Of a stretch of 64,000 nucleotides of DNA, positions 55,828 to 64,000 are shown piece after piece. The stretch's first letter is position 1. Every line of letters begins with the position of its first letter. Source of the stretch: an uncultured bacterium (GTDB lineage: Bacteria > UBP7 > UBA6624). The notes below the pieces were generated by a model. That model made no database searches. It was not told the DNA's origin and was given only the letters and a program-made list of their open reading frames with translations. Location: assembly GCA_964517115.1 (NCBI GenBank), contig CAZFBE010000001.1:15612-79611 (forward strand). Direction: 5' to 3'. A program made the translations under genes and the position numbers.

Positions 55828-57251
55828 ACCGAAAAGCCAATACTGCCTCGATTTTTATAATGATTGGATCAATATCCTCCTTGACTTACCTTCTTAAAGG
55901 AAAGAATTTTACGGATGCTGAATTCTTTGCTTCCTTTTCAATATTAATTTTTGGCTTAATCATAAAAAACAATTCACCAAAAGAAAAAACAAAGATTATC
56001 CATCATCTTCCATCAATAATCCTGACTCTTTTCTTATTTGGGGGAATATTCACAATATCAAAAATATATTCAATATCTTTAGATATGACAAAAAACAACA
56101 TGAGGTCCATCTCCCAAGAAACAATAGAGATGGCTAAAAGCATTGATGAAGAGGTTGAAATATTTGCTTTTCTAGAGGACTCTGATGAAAAAAAACCAAA
56201 GTTAGAAAACATATTTGAAAAAGTGAAAAAAACAAACAATCTTATCGACTATAAATTCGTAAACCCTGATAGAGAGCCTTCTATAGCTTCAAAATTTAAT
56301 GCAAGAAAAAACCAAATATACCTACTTCAAGGCGAAAAAAGAATTATCCTCGACACAAACGATGAAGAGGGCTTGATAAATGCTTTTTATAGCTTCTACA
56401 AGGATATAAAAACAATATGCTTTGTAGAGGGGCATGGAGAAAAAGGCCTCTACGGCGAAGATGGAATGACAACGGTTAAAAATTCGCTATTAAACAGAGC
56501 TTATGAAATCAGAACAATTGAACTATATGAACAAGAAACAAAAGGCTGTGAAATATTAGCAATCATTGGAGGGACAGGAAACTTCATCAATGAAGAAATA
56601 GAAAAAGTTTCTAATTTTAAAAATGTTTTAATTATGTTTGAAGACTTTGGAGAAAACCTACTTTCAAAATGGCTGGAATCTGAAGGGATAATATTTAGTC
56701 AAAAATATATCTATGATTCTTATGGAGAAGATTGGGATCCTTTGATAGTTTTGGCATCTCCAAACAGCCTTACATCCCATCAAGCAGTGGTAGGCATTGA
56801 TGAATTCATTCTCTTTCCAACAGCAAAAGCAATAAATGACGAAAAGTCAACTTGGATCAACTCAGATTTAATCTACAGTGGAATACAAACATGGCTGGAA
56901 TCAAGTGGAAACAATAAAAAGGACACATCAGAAACCTCTGGGCCATTTTTGATGTCTCTAGCTCAAGAAAACATAGAAACAAGGCAAAAAAGAATCATTG
57001 TTTCTGATTTTGATATAACAAACAATCAAACACAACAAATGCTTCCTGCGAGCAATCAACTTGTTTTAAATTTGTTTAACTGGCTTTCAGATAGAGAAAA
57101 AATAATAAACATACCAAGGAAGAGTAGGGGTTTGAATCCAATTTCGATAAATGATAAAGAGATTTTTAAAATAATAATGTTATATTTAGGATTAATCCTT
57201 GCAGTCTTGTCTCAAGCTATAGTGACTCAGGTTAAAAGAAAAAGAAAATGA
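55818..57251 (+). CDS. GldG-like ABC-transporter auxiliary protein
   Basis: 477 aa; N- and C-terminal TM segments flanking a large extracytoplasmic domain. Position after the A/F-like genes matches the gldAFG arrangement. Confidence 0.65.
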   Translation: MEVNRKANTASIFIMIGSISSLTYLLKGKNFTDAEFFASFSILIFGLIIKNNSPKEKTKIIHHLPSIILTLFLFGGIFTISKIYSISLDMTKNNMRSISQETIEMAKSIDEEVEIFAFLEDSDEKKPKLENIFEKVKKTNNLIDYKFVNPDREPSIASKFNARKNQIYLLQGEKRIILDTNDEEGLINAFYSFYKDIKTICFVEGHGEKGLYGEDGMTTVKNSLLNRAYEIRTIELYEQETKGCEILAIIGGTGNFINEEIEKVSNFKNVLIMFEDFGENLLSKWLESEGIIFSQKYIYDSYGEDWDPLIVLASPNSLTSHQAVVGIDEFILFPTAKAINDEKSTWINSDLIYSGIQTWLESSGNNKKDTSETSGPFLMSLAQENIETRQKRIIVSDFDITNNQTQQMLPASNQLVLNLFNWLSDREKIINIPRKSRGLNPISINDKEIFKIIMLYLGLILAVLSQAIVTQVKRKRK

Positions 57252-58480
57252 AAAATAAAATATTTTTAATCTTGCTAACACTTGTAACGCTCGGAGTGCT
57301 TGCAAAAACCTTCTTAAGTCCCGAAATAAACAGCTTCAAATGGGTAAATGAGACTCCTCCAAATGAACTAATAATTGAAAAAAGATCAAATGACGAAGAG
57401 GTTCATTTTGTCAATTTTGGAGAAAAGTGGGTTTTAAATTTCCCAAACGGATACAATGTTGAAAAAACAAGACTAAACACCCTTTTAAAAGCCCTAAAGA
57501 ACTTAAAACCCTTGGACTCATTTGATGCCATTGAAAATCAAGAAGAATATGGATTTGGAAAAAACGAATTCAAGATAACCTCAAGAGGTGACTTTAAAGA
57601 ATCAATTTTTTTTGTTGGCATTAGCAAAGATTCAAAAAGATCCTATTTGAAATTCGATGGAGAAAACGCCGTTCATTTAATACCCCTAAGCTTTTACGAA
57701 TCAATAAAGGGCGAAAAAGAAGAGTGGGTTGACAAAAGGTTAACAAAAATAAAGCCTCAAGAAATTAAAAGTATTTCAGTTCATGTGAATACAAAAGATT
57801 TTAAAATTTCAGATGTTGATACGCTAGAAAAAATTGTTCTTTGGGACCTGAGAAGAACACAGGGCAGAGAGTGGCGTGAACTCGGTAAAGATTTGCCTGT
57901 TTCCTCTACCGCTGTAAAAAACTTAATCCAAAGAATACTAACAACAGAAGGGAAGAAATTAAATCACAAAGATTTTTTGAACGACCCTTCAGTAAAAATA
58001 TCTATAGAAAAATATGAAGAAAAGATTCCTTTAGAAATAATGATAAACCCCTATGAAAACTACTGGGCTGCGTGGGGAGACTCTTTTGGAGGTTTCTATA
58101 TGGAAGAAAACTGGAATCCAGAATCAATAATAGGTTCCAGCATATCTATTTACAGGAAAAAATTCCTTGAAATTGAATCTTGGGAAGAGTACGAAATAAC
58201 AGATCCAAATAACTTAAAAATTCTAGTAAGTGAAAATCAAAATGCCAACAACCCATGGGTTGAGATTTTTAATGAACCCTGGCCGAAAGAAACAAAGCCA
58301 GCAGACATAACAAAACTAACGGAAAAAAAATCTATCAATATCAACTGGGAAGAAGAGGGCATCGAACTTGACATATATTTCTATCCAAAAGAAAAAGTAA
58401 TTCAATTTTCACAATCAGGAATAATGTGGGAATTCCCCGAACATTGGTGGAAAAAGCATGAAAAAACCCTGAATGAATAA
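57248..58480 (+). CDS. DUF4340-like periplasmic protein
   Basis: 410 aa with an N-terminal anchor. Called mainly from the usual position of DUF4340 genes after GldG-like genes; sequence-level support is weak. Confidence 0.5.
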   Translation: MKNKIFLILLTLVTLGVLAKTFLSPEINSFKWVNETPPNELIIEKRSNDEEVHFVNFGEKWVLNFPNGYNVEKTRLNTLLKALKNLKPLDSFDAIENQEEYGFGKNEFKITSRGDFKESIFFVGISKDSKRSYLKFDGENAVHLIPLSFYESIKGEKEEWVDKRLTKIKPQEIKSISVHVNTKDFKISDVDTLEKIVLWDLRRTQGREWRELGKDLPVSSTAVKNLIQRILTTEGKKLNHKDFLNDPSVKISIEKYEEKIPLEIMINPYENYWAAWGDSFGGFYMEENWNPESIIGSSISIYRKKFLEIESWEEYEITDPNNLKILVSENQNANNPWVEIFNEPWPKETKPADITKLTEKKSININWEEEGIELDIYFYPKEKVIQFSQSGIMWEFPEHWWKKHEKTLNE

Positions 58481-59219
58481 AAATCTAATAATAGGGGCTA
58501 ATGATTTTGGTCTATTTGATTCAATAGACAAAGGCATAGTCAGAGCATGCAAGGAAGGGGTATTGAAAAATGTGGGAATAGTAAACTCCAATAAAAAACC
58601 TAAGCTCCTTGGCAGGTTAAAAAAATTAGATGTTGATCTTGGAATCCAATTAAATTTAACAAAGGGAAATCCAGTCTCAAAAAATGGAATAGATTCCCTT
58701 TTGGGAGAAGAGGGTGTCTTTTTAAAAACTGGTCGTGAAATTTTTCTTAACTCAAAAATAAAGGAAATTAACAAAGAACTTTATGCCCAGTTAGAAAAAT
58801 CAAAAAAATCCTTTAACCCAAAATGGATAAGTTGCTCTGACTACCTACAAAACAATCCAAAAATTTTTAATATTATTTTAATCATTGCAAAAGAAGAAAA
58901 TCTCTCAATGAGGGTAACGTCAAAATGGCAACGAGAAATTGCTAAAAAAGAAAATGTAAGAACTGCAGATCATTTTATTGAAGACTTTTATGAAGAGCCT
59001 GGAATAACTGTTCCAGGTTTTTTAAAAATATTAAAGAATCTAAAAGAAGGAGCAACAGATATTTCATGTCATCCTGGCTCAATGGGAAAAAACACTATTG
59101 AAAATCTTTATTATTCATGGCAAAGGGAAATAGAGCTTTCAACACTGGTGAACAAAAAAATAAAAACATTTTTTAGTGAAGAAAAATCAATTAAATTATT
59201 AAAATTTAGCGATATTTAA
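58473..59219 (+). CDS. YdjC/ChbG-family carbohydrate deacetylase
   Basis: N-terminal IIGANDFGL (DDFG-like) and SCHPG motifs; 248 aa. Confidence 0.65.
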   Translation: MNKNLIIGANDFGLFDSIDKGIVRACKEGVLKNVGIVNSNKKPKLLGRLKKLDVDLGIQLNLTKGNPVSKNGIDSLLGEEGVFLKTGREIFLNSKIKEINKELYAQLEKSKKSFNPKWISCSDYLQNNPKIFNIILIIAKEENLSMRVTSKWQREIAKKENVRTADHFIEDFYEEPGITVPGFLKILKNLKEGATDISCHPGSMGKNTIENLYYSWQREIELSTLVNKKIKTFFSEEKSIKLLKFSDI

Positions 59220-59220
59220 A

Positions 59221-60015
59221 ATGATCAAAAAAGGAAATATTCAAATACTGGACAAAACCTCCCTTAAACATTCTGCGAAAAGCGCTGCAATAACAGGGGA
59301 GGTTCTGGACAGGCTGAAAAGTTTTATTAAACCCGGAACAAGAACCTTAGAAATTGAAAACATGGTTCTTGCAGAAATTAAAGAAAGAAATTCAAAACCT
59401 GCATTCCAGGGATATAACGGCTATCCTTTTGCAACATGCATAAGCGTCAACGAGGAATTTGTTCATGGCTTCCCTACAGAGAGGGTTTTGATGGAGGGAG
59501 ATACAGTTACAGTTGATTTTGGCGTTATAGTCAATGGAATGTATTCTGATTCTGCATATACGTATCCTGTAGGAAGGATTTCAAAAAAAGACATGATTTT
59601 TTTAGACTGTGTGTGGGAATCCCTCTATCAGTCCATTGATCAAGCAGTTCCAAAAAACAAAACAGGGGATATAGGCTTTGCAACACAGGAAGTTCTTTTT
59701 AAGGGTGGATACACTCCTAGCAAAGAACTTTTTGGCCATGGTATAGGCACAATCCTCCATGGAGATCCATTAATACCCAATTTTGGCACAAGAAACACCG
59801 GGGAAACATTGGTAGAAAATCAATGTATAGCAATTGAGATAATGGCATCACAAGGAGAGACAGAAACGTACACAAAACCAGATGGATGGACAATAGCCAC
59901 AAAAGATCATTCTCTTACAGCACACTATGAACATACCGTAGTTGTTGGAAGCCGACCCTTGATTTTGACGAATTCCGAGCTTTGGAAAGAGAAGCCTTCA
60001 GTAATTTTTTCATGA
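59221..60015 (+). CDS. map: type I methionine aminopeptidase
   Basis: Metal-ligand blocks VTVDFGV, SDSAYT, GHGIG, IAIE and YEHTVVV. Confidence 0.9.
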   Translation: MIKKGNIQILDKTSLKHSAKSAAITGEVLDRLKSFIKPGTRTLEIENMVLAEIKERNSKPAFQGYNGYPFATCISVNEEFVHGFPTERVLMEGDTVTVDFGVIVNGMYSDSAYTYPVGRISKKDMIFLDCVWESLYQSIDQAVPKNKTGDIGFATQEVLFKGGYTPSKELFGHGIGTILHGDPLIPNFGTRNTGETLVENQCIAIEIMASQGETETYTKPDGWTIATKDHSLTAHYEHTVVVGSRPLILTNSELWKEKPSVIFS

Positions 60016-60914
60016 AGAAAATTATTGTTTTAGGTGGGGGCTGGTCAAAAGAAAGAGAAGTTAGCCTAAATTCCATGGAACAAATCTACAACACCCTAAA
60101 GACCTTTCATGCAAATACAGAAAAAAAGGATATAAAAGATGGAAGCAGCCTTGTTGAACTCTTGGAAGAAGTTGAAAAAAATACACTTGTTTTCCCATGC
60201 CTACATGGAAAGGGCGGGGGGGAAGATGGGTCAGTTCAAGCCTTCTTAGACCTTCATGAAATAAGATATGTTGGATCTGGACCAAAAGCAAGTTCTCTAT
60301 CCTTAGACAAAATAAAAACAAAAAAACTCCTTGCAGAAAAAAAAATACCAGTTCTCCCTCATGAAATATACTCAGCTGAAAAAATGCCTCATTTCAAAAA
60401 CTTTGGAAATAGGCTAATCGTGAAGCCGATAAATGAAGGTTCAAGTATTGACACTCACCTGGTTGACACACAGCAAAAGTGGAAAACCTTAGAGCTAAAA
60501 GAAGAATGCTTTGTAGAGCCTTATGTCTCTGGAAGAGAATTAACAGTGGGTATTGTTGAAGAGAAAGGGATTCAAATTACATTAGGGGCTGTAGAAGTTG
60601 TACCCAAGAATTCAAATTTCTACAATTACAAATCGAAATACACCTCTGGGGAAACAGAATATATTGAAAAACCTAAAAACATAAACAAAACAATAATTAG
60701 AAACTTAAAAAAATATGCATTAATCGCCCATGATTCACTTGGATGCAGGTCTTTTTCAAGATCTGACTTCATTGTTGACGATGAAAGAATTTGGTATTTA
60801 GAAACAAATACAATTCCAGGAATGACAAAACTAAGCCTTTTGCCGTTAAGCGCAAAGGCCGAAGGGATAAATCTAAAAAAATTTCTTATGATGATTGTTG
60901 GTAGCTATGAATAA
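60012..60914 (+). CDS. ddl: D-alanine--D-alanine ligase
   Basis: MKKIIVLGGGWSKEREVSLNS N-terminus; ATP-grasp YLETNTIPGMT. The start was chosen at ATG 60012, which forms an ATGA overlap with the map stop, rather than the longer ORF from 59982. Confidence 0.85.
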   Translation: MKKIIVLGGGWSKEREVSLNSMEQIYNTLKTFHANTEKKDIKDGSSLVELLEEVEKNTLVFPCLHGKGGGEDGSVQAFLDLHEIRYVGSGPKASSLSLDKIKTKKLLAEKKIPVLPHEIYSAEKMPHFKNFGNRLIVKPINEGSSIDTHLVDTQQKWKTLELKEECFVEPYVSGRELTVGIVEEKGIQITLGAVEVVPKNSNFYNYKSKYTSGETEYIEKPKNINKTIIRNLKKYALIAHDSLGCRSFSRSDFIVDDERIWYLETNTIPGMTKLSLLPLSAKAEGINLKKFLMMIVGSYE

Positions 60915-62766
60915 CCATCCATGGAATCTTTTTTTAAAAAATATAGAAAACGTTCTACTAGACCTAAAACCTGCAGAAAGTCATGACCCTTCTTTGAGAA
61001 GGGATGATAAAAAACTTAGTTTCATTTGTACAAATTCAATCAAATGGGGAGGATCTGAAGATTCTCTATTAAAAAAATTAAAACCTTATCCTTTTGTCAA
61101 AAATATCGAAGACAACAATAAAGCACTTCAAATCAACCTGAATTATGAAGATGTTGCTGAAGCATTGTTTGATTTTTATAAAAATGAAAAAAACATACTT
61201 TCAAACAAGACTTCTTCAGAAAAATGGATGGTTGAATACTCTCAACCAAACACGCACAAAGCTTTTCATATAGGGCATTTTAGGAATGTTGTAACTGGGG
61301 ACTTTATAGTTAAGATATCAAGAATTTTTGGAGTTGATGTAGTTTCAGCAAATTACATTGGAGACATAGGAACACACGTCCTGAAGGCGCTTTTAGGTTG
61401 GGAAAAAAGAGGCAAGCCTGAATCCCCAGAGAAGGGAGATCTCTCAAGCTGGCTTGGTGGCTTTTATTCTGAATGGGCGCAAAAAGAATCTGAATCAAAA
61501 GAAAAATTTCTTAAAAACATCTGGGAAAACAAAGAAAAAATTAACAAACTTGGAGAATTTGAAATAAAAGACAACTTCAAGAAACTTAAAAAAAATAAAT
61601 TCTTAATAAATAAAATTTTTCAACATTTTAAACAAGGAGGATTCAAAGGAAGGGATTTAAAGGAACTTGCTTCAAGTGCAGAATCCTGGGAAAAAGACAT
61701 TAATTCACAAAATGAAATTGCTCAAAGGTGGAAAGAAAAAAATGAAATTTTGGTTAAAGATTGGAAAAAAACAAAAGAATGGTGTCTAGAGGCTTTTGAC
61801 GAAATTTACAAACTTCTTGAAATTGAATTTGAAAAAATCTACTATGAATCAGAATTAGAAGAAGAGGCTGTAAGGATCTCAAAAGAACTTGTGAAAAAAG
61901 GTCTAGCAAAAGAAGAAAAAGGTTCAGTTTTTGTTGATTTTAAAAAAGAACCCTACAATGAGCCGAGTCTTGATGTTTTGCCTTTGTTGAGATCGGATGG
62001 GCTTCCCCTCTATTCCGCAAAAGACCTTGCTCTTGCCCAATTGAAAAAAAATCAATATGAAACGGACAAGTCTTTTTACGTTGTTGGAGCTCCGCAAGGG
62101 TTTTATTTCAAGCAGGTGTTTAAAATCTTAGAAAAGAATGGAGATAGTTCAAAATTAACACATATTGGATATGAAATGGTAGATCTCCCAGAAGGAAAGA
62201 TGTCGAGTAGGTCTGGAAATATTGTAGCATTTTCCGAACTATGGAATCAGGCAAAAAACTTTGTAAAATCAAAATCTAGCGACAAGATTTCATCTAAAGA
62301 TTTGGACAAAATAGTGATAGGCGCACTTAAGCACTTAATGTTCTCGAGAGACTTCAATAAGAAAATATCATTCAAATGGGATGAAGTATTGTCGAATGAA
62401 GGAAAAACAGGATCTTATCTTCAGTATGCTGCTGTTAGATGTAAAAGAGTTTTGGAAAAAAGTAATAAAAAACCCAATCTTCAATATAGTCGAACGAATA
62501 TGAACAAAGAGGAGAAAGCACTTCTTTTTCAACTCTTCACAATACAGAATGAATTAAAAAGATCATTTGAAAATATCAGCCCAACCCCTCTGCTAGAAGC
62601 TCTTCACAGGCTTGCAAAATCCTTTTCTAATTTTTATCATTCAAGCCCAATTATCAACGAAAACAAAAAAACAGAAAATTTCAGATTAAATTTAACTTAC
62701 TGCACATTAGAGACCTTAGAAGAGTCTTTAAAGGTTTTTGGAATATCTATACCGGAAAAAATGTGA
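60907..62766 (+). CDS. argS: arginine--tRNA ligase
   Basis: SQPNTHKAFHIGHFRN (HIGH), GKMSSRSGN, and the C-terminal DALR-type GSYLQYAAVRCKRVL. The ATG at 60907 is preferred over the upstream TTG at 60895. Confidence 0.85.
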   Translation: MNNHPWNLFLKNIENVLLDLKPAESHDPSLRRDDKKLSFICTNSIKWGGSEDSLLKKLKPYPFVKNIEDNNKALQINLNYEDVAEALFDFYKNEKNILSNKTSSEKWMVEYSQPNTHKAFHIGHFRNVVTGDFIVKISRIFGVDVVSANYIGDIGTHVLKALLGWEKRGKPESPEKGDLSSWLGGFYSEWAQKESESKEKFLKNIWENKEKINKLGEFEIKDNFKKLKKNKFLINKIFQHFKQGGFKGRDLKELASSAESWEKDINSQNEIAQRWKEKNEILVKDWKKTKEWCLEAFDEIYKLLEIEFEKIYYESELEEEAVRISKELVKKGLAKEEKGSVFVDFKKEPYNEPSLDVLPLLRSDGLPLYSAKDLALAQLKKNQYETDKSFYVVGAPQGFYFKQVFKILEKNGDSSKLTHIGYEMVDLPEGKMSSRSGNIVAFSELWNQAKNFVKSKSSDKISSKDLDKIVIGALKHLMFSRDFNKKISFKWDEVLSNEGKTGSYLQYAAVRCKRVLEKSNKKPNLQYSRTNMNKEEKALLFQLFTIQNELKRSFENISPTPLLEALHRLAKSFSNFYHSSPIINENKKTENFRLNLTYCTLETLEESLKVFGISIPEKM

Positions 62767-63470
62767 GCATATCTTTAAAAAATATTCGGAAAAACATTGA
62801 AGGAACTCAAGCCTGTGACAATGTGTCTCTAGAGATAAAGAAAGGTCAGATAGTTGCTCTCCTAGGAGCCAATGGCGCTGGAAAAACAACAACAATAAGA
62901 ACCTTGATAGGTCTTTTGAAGCCTGATTCGGGAAAAATACTGTTAGACAATCATGAAATTGACTCTTTAAAACTACGAGAATCTGTAGCTTATGTTCATG
63001 CTGATGCTGGAGTTTATAAAAGATTAACCCCAAAAGAACATATCCTCTTCTGCCTAAGGGCAGAGGGTTTGAAAGAAGAAGAAGCTCTGAAGAAGACTAA
63101 AAATTACTTAGAAATGCTCAATGTTGAAAAATATTCAGAACAACGAATGGAAACACTATCAACAGGAAACAGACAAAGAGTTTTAATTGCAAGAGCTCTT
63201 GCAAGAAATACAGAGTATTTAATACTTGATGAACCAACAGCAACTCTAGACCTTGTAGCAACAACAAAGATAATAGAAGATTTATACAATGCAAAAAAAG
63301 AGAACAAAGGCTTACTCGTATCAACTCACCAAGTCTGGATTGCTGAAAAAATAGCAGATCTGGTTATTGTTTTGTCAAATGGCAAAACTATTGCGAGCTG
63401 GGAAAAAAACAAATGGCCCGAAAAAACTCTTTCTGAATCCTTTTTAAAGGTTGCAGGAGTTCAGTCATGA
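62763..63470 (+). CDS. ABC transporter ATP-binding protein (NatA-like)
   Basis: GANGAGKTTT, LSTGNRQRVLIARAL and LILDEPTATLD. Confidence 0.8.
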   Translation: MSISLKNIRKNIEGTQACDNVSLEIKKGQIVALLGANGAGKTTTIRTLIGLLKPDSGKILLDNHEIDSLKLRESVAYVHADAGVYKRLTPKEHILFCLRAEGLKEEEALKKTKNYLEMLNVEKYSEQRMETLSTGNRQRVLIARALARNTEYLILDEPTATLDLVATTKIIEDLYNAKKENKGLLVSTHQVWIAEKIADLVIVLSNGKTIASWEKNKWPEKTLSESFLKVAGVQS

Positions 63471-64000
63471 GGTGGAATAGGGTAAGAGCCATATTCCTGA
63501 AAGATGGAACTGAACTGATAAGAGACATCAGGACAATAATTGCAATGGTTGTGTTCCCGGTAATCTTTATACCCTTATTTCTGGTTGTAGCAGGGATACA
63601 AGAAACACAAACAGTCACAAAGAGGGCAGAAGAAAACTATCTTATCCTTGTTGAAGAAAGCCTTATAAGTGAATTTTCCGAAACCAAAAGCGAGAATTTG
63701 AGCATAGAGCCTTTCGGCAAGGACTTTCGAGAAGCTTTAACAAAACAAGAAGCAGATGCCTATATTGAATTCAGCGAAAACGAGTTTTTTATTCATTTTG
63801 ACGGAGGAAGAAGTGACGGAAAGTCACAGAGGGCAGCAGAGGCACTTGTTCAACATCTAAGATTGTTGAAATTAGAAAAAGCAAAAAAAACATTAGAGGA
63901 AAATCAAATTTCAGAAGAAATCTTAAATCCACCATCGGTAACAGCAATTAATATTGCCCCAAAAGAAAAAGTTTCTGGAATTGAATTAGCACAATTTTTA
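63467..64000 (+). CDS. ABC-2 type permease (NatB-like), N-terminal fragment running off the window
   Basis: ATG at 63467 forms an ATGA overlap with the upstream ATPase stop. The frame stays open for 178 codons to nt 64000 (my own translation: MRWNRVRAIFLKDGTELIRDIRTIIAMVVFPVIFIPLFLV...). An N-terminal TM is followed by a large loop, as in NatB-like permeases. Confidence 0.55.
   Translation, partial: MRWNRVRAIFLKDGTELIRDIRTIIAMVVFPVIFIPLFLVVAGIQETQTVTKRAEENYLILVEESLISEFSETKSENLSIEPFGKDFREALTKQEADAYIEFSENEFFIHFDGGRSDGKSQRAAEALVQHLRLLKLEKAKKTLEENQISEEILNPPSVTAINIAPKEKVSGIELAQFL

Noticed and set aside
60216-60222. A G7 homopolymer inside ddl.
   Set aside because: It encodes consecutive Gly codons (GKGGGEDG) in an essential gene. 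There is no evidence of a frameshift, so it is unlikely to be a contingency locus.
61471-61810. An apparent Lys/Glu-rich insertion in the ArgS catalytic domain.
   Set aside because: ArgS is variable in this region. Without an alignment I cannot show that it exceeds normal variation.
1-64000. tRNA, rRNA, tmRNA, RNase P or SRP RNA genes, CRISPR arrays, IS elements or long repeats.
   Set aside because: No non-coding gap exceeds 121 nt. I saw no direct-repeat arrays, no transposase- or integrase-like ORFs, and no cloverleaf-compatible segments in the gaps.

Overview
This is a low-GC, very gene-dense bacterial chromosome segment. Hand-counted 60-nt lines range from about 20 to 50% G+C, mostly near one third. 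I call about 71 protein-coding genes. I found no rRNA, tRNA, CRISPR array, transposase or integrase. The largest non-coding gap is 121 nt (3288-3408).

Gene content fits a free-living diderm bacterium and is mostly housekeeping:
- NAD: nadA, nadC, nadK.
- Folate and C1: folK, folC, folE2, glyA.
- Pantothenate: panBCD.
- Purine: GuaB3-like gene, guaA, hpt.
- Replication, repair and transcription: dnaE, dnaG, nth, family-4 UDG, RusA-like resolvase, rho.
- Envelope: mlaEFD, kpsF, murJ, murG, ddl, and LysM and SPOR proteins.
- Translation: pheS, argS, gatC, map.
- Six ABC systems: Mla, a putative ABC-exporter pair, MacAB-like, GldAFG-like plus DUF4340, NatAB-like, and the ATPase/permease pair at 22021-24428.

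I do not see a clear-cut new multi-gene system such as a defence island. Most of the window is ordinary core genome.

The observations most worth a second look are:
1. A xanthine-oxidase-family molybdoenzyme cluster (xdhC, 2Fe-2S, Mo, FAD, mocA). Its FAD subunit carries a C-x15-C-x7-C-x8-C insertion, like the extra [4Fe-4S] loop of 4-hydroxybenzoyl-CoA reductase.
2. The Mo subunit of that cluster has conserved N-terminal codons but no ATG/GTG/TTG. It probably starts at an ATT that overlaps the upstream stop codon.
3. An MlaD/MCE protein extended by about 170 helical residues and a beta-rich C-terminus ending in Phe. No mlaC, mlaB or mlaA is nearby.
4. A GC-elevated RusA-type resolvase sits where ruvC normally follows yebC.
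5. A ferredoxin is fused to an unknown 140-aa domain.
6. Compaction is extreme. All 8 convergent gene pairs overlap at their 3' ends, and all 8 divergent start pairs are at most 58 nt apart.
7. Candidate small ORFs and hairpins occupy the few non-coding gaps.

All functional calls come from motif recognition by eye on the supplied translations. No database search was run.
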